The notes: generated from the sequence alone by a model not told the origin. Shown: positions 42,762 to 53,197, counted from the stretch's first letter. The stretch: DNA of 64,000 bases from Corallochytrium limacisporum Hawaii (GCA_002811645.1 PDIP01000049.1:86517-150516); one strand, 5' to 3'. Numbers and translations are program-made.

Positions 42762-45700
42762 ATGGCCAACCCATTTGCAAGTTACTTTAGCCAAGACACG
42801 GCCGGTGGGCAATCCAATGCTTTCGGTGCTTTTAACGACACATCGAAGCAGAATCATTCACAGGATGCCGCGTACCACCATCAGCAGCAGCCACCCCAAA
42901 ATGCTCACGCGTGGAATCCCACTGGCCAGCATCAACAGCAGCCACCGCCGCAACACCACCAGCAGGCCTCTGCACCCTCGGGAAACGACTTCTTTGCACA
43001 AGCTCACCAGCAATCACAGCAGGGAGCTCCGGGAAGTGGCCATGACTTCTTCAATCAACCGCACGCGCAATCACAGGTACCCCCGCAGACTGTTCAGCCG
43101 CCACCTGTGCCTCAGCCACAGCAGCAGCAGCAGCAGCAGCATGCCCCGGCAGCGGCAGCGGACTTTTTCAGTCAACAGGCACCAGTTCCAGGTAGTGGAA
43201 ATGATTTCTTTGGGCAGCAACAACCGCAACAGACAGCTGCTGCACCACCGGTCCCACTTCATCAATCTGCCCCGGACCAGCCATCAGCACCACCAGTGGA
43301 AGTAAGCGCCTCTCCCCAAGCCCCGCCTGAGCCAACACCCGTGACCCATGTGCTGGAACAGCACCAACCGCACGCGGGAAATAATCGCGCGGACGGAAGT
43401 TTCTTTGACAAGGCACAACCTGAGGCAGCCGGAGGAACTGGGGTTTTTGATCAACATGCGCAACAAGTCCATGCGGGGGGCGTCTTTGGGCAATCAGAGG
43501 CTCAACAGCCGCAGCAACATCACCAGGCACAGCCGCCAACTTCGGACTTCTTCGGTGACCAGCTTGGAGGTCAACAGCAACAGACCGCTGGTGGCCTCTT
43601 CGGACAACAGCCATCGGTTGGAAGCGATCAGCATGTGCCGGCTGCGGATGTAGGAGCGCCACCTCAGAAGGAGCAACCGAATACTGACGCCCCGGGACAT
43701 AGTGCACCACCGTCAGTACCACAGATGAATAGTAACGAAACACAACCGCCTGCTTCAGCCCCGCCGCCGCCGCAGCAGCAGGCATCCCAGTCTAACGATT
43801 TCTTCGCCGGCCCCGCGGCTAGTGCAGCATCAGTCCAGAACACTTCGGGTCTGTTTGGTGATCCGCCCACCGGTGGTGACAGCTCCGGACTCTTCGGTGG
43901 AGCAGCAGCAGCAGGAGGAGAAGGAGGCAGCAATGATTTCTGGAAGCAGCCTCCACCCCCACAGAACCCACCCGCTCATACACCGCCTGCTGAGGTTCCT
44001 GTGGTTAAAGAACGGCAGCACATGCGACACCTGTCCCATGATGTGGGAGCTGGTGAGTTCGAAACGCCTGGCTACCTCAGTGGACAACCGAATGGCAATG
44101 CTTTCGAAGACGGGGATGCTGATGAGACGTTGAGCCAGCCAGAGCCAGGTGATTTTGAGGGAGCGGAGGAAGTTGATGCGCTGCGCCTTTCTAGTGACCA
44201 CGGCAAGAGTCAGCCACTGCCTCCGACCATTGCACACACTGACCCTCCCAATGATCCCCCGACTGAACCTGCCGTGGAAGAGCCAGAGCCTACAATCCCT
44301 CCTCCTCCGCCGCCGTCAAAGCAAATTACACCACAGCCATCAACAGGACCTCTGGGGCCGCCAGTCGACACTGCAGCACTGTTTGGCGCAGCATCTTCCA
44401 CTACTGGCGCCGCTGCAGCTGCGCCACCGGTTAGCGGAGGGCTCTTTGGTGCTCCGGCGGTGCAAGAACAGCAGGCAGCGCCTCCTCCCGCCAACACCGC
44501 GGGACTCTTTGACGCACCGCAGCACGCAGCCCCTCCTGCGGTTTTCAAGGGGCAGGCCCAAAGTTTACAAACTGACCCTCCCCAGAGCAGCCAGGCAGAG
44601 ACACAGACTCCCAGGGCGGAGAAAGTCACTTCCGAGACACAGACGGCTCGGAGCAATCGCGAAGCCGTGGAAAAAGGGGCCGCTGCCACAGCTGCATTAT
44701 TCAAAGGTTTGGATGATCCAAAGCACGCGGTTGCGGACTATGATACGGACCTTGATTTCATGCCCAAGGACATGCTCGGTCAGGACATTCTGAGTCACTC
44801 TCAAGTGGAAGGCCTGTTCAGTGGACTGGACCCAGAGCAGAAAACCCTAGCCGAATTTCCAGGCCCCATCTTTGATCTCTTTGCTGGCAAAGGCGTTGCT
44901 GATGCGGAAACATTGGTGAGCATCCTGCGTCGGAGGGCTGTCAAGGAACGAAGTGACGCCCCGACGAGCCCCAACGCTGGTATGCTCTCCGAATTCTGTG
45001 CGGTTCTGGTCGAATGTCGGGGCGGAGTTTTCGATAAGTCTTCCGACCGGCCTCATCGGCTGCTATCTGCCTTCCTGCGTGATGACCGTGGCAGGTCAGC
45101 CTACCCAAACGAATTCGCCGCGCACAGTACACACGTTGGCGACCGAACGCGACTCGGGGAAATGATGAGTCTACTCATGGAAGGAAAGGATGAGGCAGCT
45201 TGTGCCGTGGCCCTAAGTGCCAATCTTTGGGAACACGCGCTTTTGGTGGCAAAGCAGATTGGTGAGGACAAGTACAAGGAGGTAGTGCGTCGCATAGCAC
45301 AGGTCATGTCTGTAACCGATGGCACCACTCCACTTGGTGTCTACTATTCCCTGTTGGCTGATGATGTGGAGAATTTGTTCACTCGGTATCCCATTGATCC
45401 CAAACAATGGAAACGGTATACTTCAATTATTCTACACAGCAAGTCAAGACGCAAGAACGCACTTCTGGCTCGCATTGCGCAGCAACTCTGGGACCAGAAT
45501 CACCGGGAAGCGGCACACATTGTATGGACGCTGGCCGGAGTGCCGTTGAAACCTGCTCAGTCATCCTCGCCAGGTGTCAGTCTGTTTGGCGATCTGCGAG
45601 ACATTCGTGAGCAAGGCAAGGAGTTTGCTGTTTTCGGCTTTGCTCCCGACAACGCTGGCGGTGACACTATTGCCACCGATGAAGACACGGCAATACCTGA

Positions 45701-47909
45701 AATGGAGCTTAAGTCGCCAATATTGGCGATCCAAATGACGGAGGTGGTCGAGGCGTTCGGACCAAGTGGGGTGCTACGAGGTGTGATCTCACCACATGTG
45801 CAGGTGATGAAATTTGTCTACGCCTGCCACTTGGCAGAGAATGGGTATCCCGTGCGGGCATTGCGGTATATTGACTCTATTGGCGCACTCTTGCGTCGTG
45901 CCGGATCCATGATCGTCCGGCGTTATGACCGCACGTTCCTGCGCAGTTTACTTGCTAAGCGTAACAAATTGTACAATCAGCTTGGAGAAGACAAGGGCAA
46001 ATTCAGCAATACTGTAGCCTTCTGGATAAACCTCAAGAAAGTCCTGGACAACTACATTCCGGAAAATGTTCTGGATCGGTCTACCGCACACACGTCCGTA
46101 CAGGGTCCCAAGGGAATCGCCACCAAATCCGTTGGGCCCGAAGAACCCGTCGAACCGGCGGCAGTCAACGACACATACGCCACGGGTGTAGCCGAGACGT
46201 CCGGTCTCCAAACAGAAGGCATTACTGAGCATGAAGTGCCTGCTGCAGGACAAGAAGATTTTGACCAACAGGGCTATGTACAAGAGAATTATGACCAACA
46301 GGACTATAATCAACCAGATTATGATCAACAGGGATACGACCAAGAGGGCTATGACCAGGAAGGGTACGATCAACAAGGCTTTGATCAAGAAGGTTACGAT
46401 CAACATCAGGAAGGGTATGGCGAACAGGAAGGCCATGGCGAGCTGGAAGGCTACGACCAGCAAGGATACGACCAGCAAGGATACGACCAGCAAGGCTACG
46501 ACCAGCAAGGATACGACCAGCAAGGCTACGATCAGCAAGGCTACGACCAGCAAGGCTACGATCAGCAAGGCTACGACCAGCAAGGCTATGACCAGCAACA
46601 AGGCCATGACCAGCAACAAGGCCATGACCAGCAACAAGGCCATGACCAGCAACAAGGCTATGACCAGCAACAAGGCTATGACCAGCAACAAGGCTATGAC
46701 CAGCAACAAGGCCACGACCAACAGGGCCACGACCAACAAGGTTACGGCCAACAAGGCTACGGCCAACAGCAGGGCTACGACCAGCAACCAGAATCTGACC
46801 AACAACAAGGTCTTGGTCAGCAAGGTTACGAACATCAGGAGCAACAACAAGGGTTTGACAACCAAGCGGTTCAAAACGGCCAGCAAGGATACGAGCAGCA
46901 AGGATACGAGCAGCACGGATTCGAGCAGCAAGGATTTGAACAGCAAGGATTCCAGCAGCAAGGATTTGAACAGCAAGGCTTTGAACAACAAGGGTTCGAA
47001 CAAGAGGGCTTTGAACAACAAGGGTTTGATCAACAGGGCTATGGCCAGCAAGGATTCGAGCAACCGGGAACTGAAGAGGCAACGGATCTCGATGGAGGCA
47101 ACGACCAGGCGGCTTCGGCAGCTCCTCCTCCAAATGGACAGAACGGCGGGTTCGAGTCACAAGGAATGTACGGCGGTGGCATGGGTGGTAACCAGCCGCT
47201 ACAACAGCAGCAACATGGTGCATTTGGACAGGCACCCCCGCCGATGATGGGTGCTTCTGACAGCCAAGCCCCACCACAAACCATGATGGGACAGCACCAG
47301 CAGCAACCGCCGGACCAAGGCGGATTCTTTGGCCAGCCGCCACAGCAGCAGACGCAGCAGATACAGCCTCCTGCCTCGACAGCACAACCGCAGACGGCCG
47401 AACCGGCAGCGTTGCAGCATCCAGAGCCTCCATCAGCCGCGCAACCCCAAGCCCATGAGCAAACACAGCATCAACAGGCTGGAGCTGACCAACAGCAGCA
47501 GGCTGGTGGGGATAACCAGAAGCAGCAAGAGCAAAGCAGTGGTGGAGGAGGAGGCTTCCTGGGTTCGTTTGTTGCCAGCACCGTGGGCTCCTTCTTTGGT
47601 AGTGCCGCTGCTGGTAAACAAGCGCACCTGGACACCGGTGGCAGTCTGTACTACAACCAGGAACTTGGCAAATGGGTCGAGCGTGGTAAGGAAAAGGAAG
47701 TGGCCGAGGAAACGAAGTTAGCACCGCCACCGATGAGCTCGCAGAGCAGTGCTGGTGGACTGAGCCAGCCCGGGTCTATGGGTGGATCATCAGCCCCACA
47801 GCGCTTGGGGGGTAAAGCCCGACGAAGCGCAAAAAATCGTTATGTCGTCGAAGGTGCCAAGACGACAGCATCCCAGGCCGATTCTATGGACATGAACATG
47901 TTCCGTTGA
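42762..47909 (+). CDS. SEC16: COPII scaffold Sec16
   Basis: Central domain FPGPI, LMEGKDEAACAVALSANLWEHALLVA, EAAHI, IQMTEV, KFVYACHLAENG..ALRY; C-terminal YYNQELGKWV and KNRYV. Confidence 0.92.
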   Translation: MANPFASYFSQDTAGGQSNAFGAFNDTSKQNHSQDAAYHHQQQPPQNAHAWNPTGQHQQQPPPQHHQQASAPSGNDFFAQAHQQSQQGAPGSGHDFFNQPHAQSQVPPQTVQPPPVPQPQQQQQQQHAPAAAADFFSQQAPVPGSGNDFFGQQQPQQTAAAPPVPLHQSAPDQPSAPPVEVSASPQAPPEPTPVTHVLEQHQPHAGNNRADGSFFDKAQPEAAGGTGVFDQHAQQVHAGGVFGQSEAQQPQQHHQAQPPTSDFFGDQLGGQQQQTAGGLFGQQPSVGSDQHVPAADVGAPPQKEQPNTDAPGHSAPPSVPQMNSNETQPPASAPPPPQQQASQSNDFFAGPAASAASVQNTSGLFGDPPTGGDSSGLFGGAAAAGGEGGSNDFWKQPPPPQNPPAHTPPAEVPVVKERQHMRHLSHDVGAGEFETPGYLSGQPNGNAFEDGDADETLSQPEPGDFEGAEEVDALRLSSDHGKSQPLPPTIAHTDPPNDPPTEPAVEEPEPTIPPPPPPSKQITPQPSTGPLGPPVDTAALFGAASSTTGAAAAAPPVSGGLFGAPAVQEQQAAPPPANTAGLFDAPQHAAPPAVFKGQAQSLQTDPPQSSQAETQTPRAEKVTSETQTARSNREAVEKGAAATAALFKGLDDPKHAVADYDTDLDFMPKDMLGQDILSHSQVEGLFSGLDPEQKTLAEFPGPIFDLFAGKGVADAETLVSILRRRAVKERSDAPTSPNAGMLSEFCAVLVECRGGVFDKSSDRPHRLLSAFLRDDRGRSAYPNEFAAHSTHVGDRTRLGEMMSLLMEGKDEAACAVALSANLWEHALLVAKQIGEDKYKEVVRRIAQVMSVTDGTTPLGVYYSLLADDVENLFTRYPIDPKQWKRYTSIILHSKSRRKNALLARIAQQLWDQNHREAAHIVWTLAGVPLKPAQSSSPGVSLFGDLRDIREQGKEFAVFGFAPDNAGGDTIATDEDTAIPEMELKSPILAIQMTEVVEAFGPSGVLRGVISPHVQVMKFVYACHLAENGYPVRALRYIDSIGALLRRAGSMIVRRYDRTFLRSLLAKRNKLYNQLGEDKGKFSNTVAFWINLKKVLDNYIPENVLDRSTAHTSVQGPKGIATKSVGPEEPVEPAAVNDTYATGVAETSGLQTEGITEHEVPAAGQEDFDQQGYVQENYDQQDYNQPDYDQQGYDQEGYDQEGYDQQGFDQEGYDQHQEGYGEQEGHGELEGYDQQGYDQQGYDQQGYDQQGYDQQGYDQQGYDQQGYDQQGYDQQGYDQQQGHDQQQGHDQQQGHDQQQGYDQQQGYDQQQGYDQQQGHDQQGHDQQGYGQQGYGQQQGYDQQPESDQQQGLGQQGYEHQEQQQGFDNQAVQNGQQGYEQQGYEQHGFEQQGFEQQGFQQQGFEQQGFEQQGFEQEGFEQQGFDQQGYGQQGFEQPGTEEATDLDGGNDQAASAAPPPNGQNGGFESQGMYGGGMGGNQPLQQQQHGAFGQAPPPMMGASDSQAPPQTMMGQHQQQPPDQGGFFGQPPQQQTQQIQPPASTAQPQTAEPAALQHPEPPSAAQPQAHEQTQHQQAGADQQQQAGGDNQKQQEQSSGGGGGFLGSFVASTVGSFFGSAAAGKQAHLDTGGSLYYNQELGKWVERGKEKEVAEETKLAPPPMSSQSSAGGLSQPGSMGGSSAPQRLGGKARRSAKNRYVVEGAKTTASQADSMDMNMFR
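46258..47063 (+). repeat. Coding minisatellite: 15-nt (GYDQQ/GFEQQ) and 18-nt (G[YH]DQQQ) units
   Basis: Dozens of GGxTACGAYCAGCAA-type units. Confidence 0.97.
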
Positions 47910-48105
47910 AGCGCATGCCAGAATAAGCAACAATTTCTTTGTATAGAAGAGTAGTAATAGAACAGCAATAGACCGTTAGATAACATGGGCAGCTTGCAAC
48001 ATGACATCGCTTCAAATGAACGAGAAGTTCATATCTAATAAATTCTTTAAAGCTGGGCTACCAAAAATGCCCCTTTTTGTTATACATAAGTCTGATAGTG
48101 TTTCA

Positions 48106-48423
48106 CTACCCTTTCCTAGAGTTCTGAAGCTGTTGCTCCCTGAGGCGCAGGTCCCGACCGCGCTGGTGCAACTGGGTCATCTTCTTGGATAGTCTCTGCA
48201 GCTTTGCAACGTAGAGGGGTAGAGCGTTCAGTGCTCGCAAAGCTTCCTCATTATTTCTCTCGAACTCTGCATAACGGTCATATTGTTTCTTGCAAGTCGT
48301 TTCTAATCCCTTGGCATGCAGTTCTACTTCCTTTAGCTGTTCCACAGACCGCACAAAATGCGGTTCGATCCCGCCTTTCGCGCTGGTGGCCAAAGTTGTG
48401 TGCGCTGCCGGAGTGGTTGACAT
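48106..48423 (-). CDS. BLOC1S6: Pallidin-like BLOC-1 subunit 6
   Basis: Short coiled coil; YVAKLQRLSKKMTQLHQRGRDLRLREQQLQ resembles pallidin YHAKLVNIRKEMLMLHEKTSKLKKRALKLQ; ATG at 48423. Confidence 0.7.
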   Translation of the reverse strand: MSTTPAAHTTLATSAKGGIEPHFVRSVEQLKEVELHAKGLETTCKKQYDRYAEFERNNEEALRALNALPLYVAKLQRLSKKMTQLHQRGRDLRLREQQLQNSRKG

Positions 48424-48986
48424 GGCGCTCAAGCAACAGTGCCCATTAGTTCAACTTCCAGCCAACAAACGCCTTCTGTTTCGGTCAATGCATGACTAGT
48501 AAACCTTCTGATCTACCCTTTACAAGTCATTCCAGCACTCGTGGTCCGTATGCGTTCGTTTTGCTTTCCTCTGGCTTTTCCTTGCGAAGGAGGTCCGAGA
48601 AAGAAAGCCCCCGGGGAAGGGGGGGAGGGGGCTCGTAAGTTGTTGTGCCCTTTTATGAACAACCCTCACCGCCCCCCCCCCTTCACCGAGGCAGAAGCCA
48701 ACCGCCTCCCAGACCCTAAGCTTCGGAAAGGGGAGAGGGCGAACGGTTTCCACTACGGTACCCCCGTTGGTTTGAGGGAGTGTGTACGTGCCCGATACAA
48801 AAGTGGCCTATGGGTCATTTTACTGCCCGCGCCTTCGCGCTTCCAAAACGTTTCGTTCTCCGGTCCGTCACCCCCCTCCCCCGCCCTCCCTCTCTGCGGT
48901 TCTTCTCCCCCCCAAGCGGAAATCGGGAAGGTTTTGCTTGCGGGGCCGGATTCGAGGCAGTGGAGGTGGTACCCATCGCCATTAGG

Positions 48987-49004
48987 CCCCCCCCCCCCCG
49001 GGGG
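48987..49004. promoter_or_regulatory. C13-G5 island in the pallidin / PMPCA divergent promoter (second C5G4 plus G-run at 48608-48631)
   Basis: Between head-to-head ATGs at 48423 and 49470. Confidence 0.6.
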
Positions 49005-49469
49005 CACCGGGCGGCGGAGGAGCTTCTGCGTCCCTCACTGCTGGCCCAGCCCGAAGGGTGAGAGACTGCGTGGCTTGGCTGACTGGCGGCCTTTGCGTGA
49101 TGGGGCCGTGTGGGAAGCGCGGCCCGCTTGGCGTTTGGGGAACCAAACCTTCCGATCGGACCCAGGGGACACACAGCCCATCGCTGATGGGGGTCCATTG
49201 CGGCTCATTTATGCAGTTCTGTTTCGCAATTTGCTAGTAAAGAAGAGTAGCTGCATTGTGGTATTAGAGGTTGAAAACGAGGCGTCTATCAAAGTCAAAG
49301 ATACTACGCAGCGGAATTTGTTCGATCGCGTATGTGCAGCATTGTGGTTGATGCGACAGGGTGTCACAAGCATAGAATGTATTTTTGAAGGGAAATTCAG
49401 CTGCTTACAAGATTAATATCGATCCACAAAGACCACTGGCGTGTACGAAGCAATAGTCACATTTGAATC

Positions 49470-51029
49470 ATGCTAAAGAGGATACTAACGCCGACCGTGT
49501 CCGTTCAGGGACGCCGTAGCTTTAGTGTTTTCAGCCAAAAGTTTAAAGAAGCCACAGAGTCATCCAGACTTAAGGCGGACAAAACCCAATCGCTCCCATT
49601 GTCGGAGCCTTGGCCGACTCTGCCGCCAAATGACGTTCTCTACAGCCCTGCGGCCAAGTCTAGCTCGACTAAGATCAGTCGCGTTGGGGACAATGAATAC
49701 GGACTGTTGGTGGCCAGTGATAATTTTCACGATCGGCTGGCCAGTATCTGTGTTCTGGTTGAGGCAGGTAGTCGGTACCAGGACGGGCGAAAAGATCTTG
49801 GAGTGGTTCATGCTCTGGACCGGATGGCATACATGTCAACACAGACCCAAGCAGCAAGGGAAGTTGTGCAAAAAGTAGAGCAATTGGGAGGCAATGTTAC
49901 CCATCAGTTGTCCCGTGACGGTCTTACCTATACGGCGACGGTAATGAAGCACCAAATCCCGGAGGCCATTGCCTTGCTCAGTGATATTATCACCCGCCCT
50001 CAATTTAGTGAAGTTGAATTGGAGGAAGTCAAGCCGTCACTGCTCTTTGATACACAGGAGGCAGCCACGCGCCCTGAAGTCTACGTTCCCGAGCTGCTGC
50101 ACGCTGCTGCGTTCGGTGATGAAGGGCTTGGCCTGCCACTGTACGCACCACAAGAACGTATTGAAAACTTTTCAGCACAGACTCTTCATGACTACCATCG
50201 CAAAATGTATGTCCGGCCCCGTGTTTGCGTGAGCGCGACAGGCGTGGAGCACGACAGTTTTGTTGACTTGGTTTCAGAGAATTTCGGAGATCTAGCAAAT
50301 GGCACAGCAGATGATCAGGCACAGCAACAACGCATCCATGAACTGCACAACAAGCGCGAAGTCGACGAGTCACAGGTACACTACCAGCCGACTTACCGCA
50401 GTGAGACTGGTGAGAGCGAATGGACACACCTTAGTGTAGGACTGAAGGGTTTGAGTCACAGCGATCCAGATATTTATGCCCTTGCTGTCGCCTGCAGCCT
50501 GATGGGCGGTGGTGGCAGTTTTAGTACGGGCGGCCCTGGCAAGGGTATGTACTCAAGGCTATACACGCAGGTTCTGAATCGCTACGGATGGATGGAGCAC
50601 ATTGAATGCCAACATTTTATGTACGCCGACGTTGGCTTAGTCAGCATGTATGCCAAGGTTCCCACCATGTACGCTGGTCTGGCTGTCAATGTCATCCTGG
50701 ACCAATTTACCAACATGCACCGTCTCTTGAACGAACAGGAACTGCGGAGGGCCAAGAATCTGTTCAAGTGCCAGATACTGAGCACCTTGGAGCACCGTCA
50801 GTTCCGTGTCGAGGACATCGCCCGTCAGGTCCTCGCCAGTGGTCGTCGGGATGAACCCACGAAGCTAGTAGAGGACATTGAGAAGGTTACTCCTGAGGAC
50901 ATCCGCCGCGCTGTGTTACGGGTCACCCGAGGGGTGCCCTGTCTTGCAACATATGGTCCAGATACGCATGTGCCCTCCATTGCCGACATTCAGGCCTCCC
51001 TCGAGGCGCGTATGGCCAGCATCAAGTAA
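49470..51029 (+). CDS. PMPCA: Mitochondrial processing peptidase alpha subunit
   Basis: Presequence; AGSRY; inactive M16 site (HALDRMAY); glycine-rich loop GGGGSFSTGGPGKGMYSRLY. Confidence 0.97.
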   Translation: MLKRILTPTVSVQGRRSFSVFSQKFKEATESSRLKADKTQSLPLSEPWPTLPPNDVLYSPAAKSSSTKISRVGDNEYGLLVASDNFHDRLASICVLVEAGSRYQDGRKDLGVVHALDRMAYMSTQTQAAREVVQKVEQLGGNVTHQLSRDGLTYTATVMKHQIPEAIALLSDIITRPQFSEVELEEVKPSLLFDTQEAATRPEVYVPELLHAAAFGDEGLGLPLYAPQERIENFSAQTLHDYHRKMYVRPRVCVSATGVEHDSFVDLVSENFGDLANGTADDQAQQQRIHELHNKREVDESQVHYQPTYRSETGESEWTHLSVGLKGLSHSDPDIYALAVACSLMGGGGSFSTGGPGKGMYSRLYTQVLNRYGWMEHIECQHFMYADVGLVSMYAKVPTMYAGLAVNVILDQFTNMHRLLNEQELRRAKNLFKCQILSTLEHRQFRVEDIARQVLASGRRDEPTKLVEDIEKVTPEDIRRAVLRVTRGVPCLATYGPDTHVPSIADIQASLEARMASIK

Positions 51030-51189
51030 ACCGCTCCGGTTGGGTTTTGACCCATAATGTAATCTAGGACAGTAAAGTGATCATAGCTGCGTATATTCGA
51101 CACCCATTACTTTGGCAATGTGTAATTTGCTGTATCATAATCGTAGTTCTGGGTGCAGTAATTTCGCATTTTGTCAGTTTATTGTATAT

Positions 51190-52842
51190 TTACCTTGCAG
51201 GATTCAATGCGTAACTGCTCAGAGGAACGCGGGGCTTTTCATCGGAGTTCTGCGGATTCAATGCCAGCGGTGTTGCGCTGGGAGTGTGGGCATCAAGTTT
51301 CGATGGCTTGGTCATCGTACGTGGTGCAGAAGGCATTGGAGTGGGCCGTGGTGACGGCGACGGCATCAGTGAGGCAGGGGACCGCATCAGCGATGAAGAC
51401 AGGCTGGACGGCGAGCCATCAATACCACTGCCGAGCCCACCATTTAGCTGTTTGTTCAGCCAATTAATCACTCGCTCGTTGGTGCGGTTGATCTTCTCCA
51501 GCTCTTCGCAGCGAGTTTGCAAAGTAGACTGCTCCTTGTTCAACTTGGCCTTCTCTTCCAGGGCCTGGCTGAGCTTGCATTCCAAGTCCCCGCTCTCAAT
51601 CTTCCCTGCTGTGATCTGCTGCTCTAGGTTATGTACCTTGGCCGCCATGTCATTAAGCGCTTCTTCCTTGGCAGCAGCGTACTGAGTTCGCATGTTCAAC
51701 AATTCAGCCAGCTCCTTTAGAGCCTCGTCAGCCTGGGCTTTGTTTGTATTTGCTGTGTCCAATGCTTCCTTGTGGACTTGCAGCTCTGCCGCCAGGGCCT
51801 CACATTTATTTGCGCCCTCGTGTGCCTGAGTCACCGCCTCGTTCAATTCATCGATGTCACGTTTTGCTTTCTGCAAATCTTGACTAAGAGAGGCTGCATG
51901 AGCATTCTGATCCTGAACTGTCGAGCTGAGTGTCTGGATTTGTGCGTCCTTCTCTGCTAGACACTCATCTTTCTTGATCATCATGGACTCAAGATTGGCA
52001 ACGGTAGAGTCACGTTCGTTGATGGTATTCTGTTGCTTAAAACAACGAGACTGCAAGTCCTCAATTTCAGACAACAGCTTCTCAATGCGGTCCTGGTCTG
52101 CCTTATGTGTCGCTTCGAGGCGAGCAGTTTGGGACCGGTAGTTAGTTTCTGCGGCCACAAACTTCGCCTGCTCAGCCTCACGCACTTGTGTCACTTTCTC
52201 GGACCATGTGTCCTGCAAGTGCGTCCGGTCTTGTTCGTGTACAGTTTTGAGAGTTTCAATATCCTTCTCCATCGTTTCCCGGCGATGTACTTCTCCTCCT
52301 AATTGAGTCTGAAGATTGGAAATATCCAGTCTCAGGCTTGCGCAGGTTTCAACCAGGCTCAAATACCTCTGCCTAACCATGTTTCGTTGAATCTGCTCCT
52401 TTTCTGCTCTCAGGGTTAATGTAAGGTGGCTCAACTGGCGGAATGCTGTTTGTTCAATGATTTCAAATACAGCAGTATCAGCTTCGTGAACATCAGAACT
52501 TTTTGTATTCACCGAAACAAATTGGGCCCGGGTTTTTGATGGCGAGTCAGCTGAGGGCATCAAATCTTTGTGCTCTGTACCACACTGTCGCAGCAGTTCA
52601 GCAACATGATTCCCAAAGTCACTGTATTCAACCAGAAGAGATTGCTCGCCCTTGAGCTTAACGAACGCTTCATTATCAAGCCGGACGACAAATTGGTAAA
52701 ACGGATCCACTGTGTCTTGAACGCTCAATTCGAGAGCAGTAGAATCCTGTACCAGTCGTACCAGAAGCGAACGTGTGGTATTCTCTTCCACCCCGTTAAC
52801 TCGGGTCACGGTCAAGAGCTCTTTTACAAATAATTCGGTCAT
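51190..52842 (-). CDS. SASS6: Centriole cartwheel protein SAS-6
   Basis: DPFYQF..LKGEQSLLVEYSDF, IIEQTAFRQLSHLTL head domain; long coiled coil; TNERVINWLNKQLN; ATG at 52842. Confidence 0.9.
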   Translation of the reverse strand: MTELFVKELLTVTRVNGVEENTTRSLLVRLVQDSTALELSVQDTVDPFYQFVVRLDNEAFVKLKGEQSLLVEYSDFGNHVAELLRQCGTEHKDLMPSADSPSKTRAQFVSVNTKSSDVHEADTAVFEIIEQTAFRQLSHLTLTLRAEKEQIQRNMVRQRYLSLVETCASLRLDISNLQTQLGGEVHRRETMEKDIETLKTVHEQDRTHLQDTWSEKVTQVREAEQAKFVAAETNYRSQTARLEATHKADQDRIEKLLSEIEDLQSRCFKQQNTINERDSTVANLESMMIKKDECLAEKDAQIQTLSSTVQDQNAHAASLSQDLQKAKRDIDELNEAVTQAHEGANKCEALAAELQVHKEALDTANTNKAQADEALKELAELLNMRTQYAAAKEEALNDMAAKVHNLEQQITAGKIESGDLECKLSQALEEKAKLNKEQSTLQTRCEELEKINRTNERVINWLNKQLNGGLGSGIDGSPSSLSSSLMRSPASLMPSPSPRPTPMPSAPRTMTKPSKLDAHTPSATPLALNPQNSDEKPRVPLSSYALNPAR

Positions 52843-53173
52843 TGTTGAGGTATGCAACCAAACTGACCCAACTTGCTTATTGTTGTCCCTTAGGAAAAAT
52901 GCTAAAATTGATAGGTTGATCGCTCGAACGCGATATTGAAGTACCTTCTAGTTACAGAGCCAAACTTAGAATCACCTCTGCCTTAACCCGTACTCTCCTG
53001 ACCCGGACGACCCGCAATTCTCCAAGCACAAACGGTCCCTTTGCAATGTTGGCGCTCAACACCAGTCTATACCGTAGAGCTTTGAATACTCGTTCCATGG
53101 TGTGGCCTAGCAGCATTTTCTATTGCCCCCGTCCCTCACACGAGACTGACGGCACGGCATCAATTTTCCTTTT

Positions 53174-53197
53174 TTTCGCGCCTACTCTCGCGCCAAA
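53174..53197. promoter_or_regulatory. Paired E2F-type sites upstream of SAS-6
   Basis: TTTCGCGC at 53174 and (TCTC)GCGCCAAA at 53190. Confidence 0.55.

Noticed and set aside
46449-46730. Regular repeat array as a possible CRISPR
   Set aside because: Tandem units without unique spacers, in frame within Sec16, eukaryotic context
45948-47730. Long antisense and alternate-frame ORFs (371, 502, 338 aa) over SEC16
   Set aside because: By-products of the stop-poor coding minisatellite
48359-48374. GCGGTTCGATCCCGC resembling a tRNA T-arm
   Set aside because: No D-arm, anticodon arm or acceptor stem; lies antisense within the pallidin CDS
48541-49416. 291-aa ORF upstream of PMPCA
   Set aside because: GTG start, spans the GC-rich promoter island, Pro/Gly/Arg-rich with no family motifs
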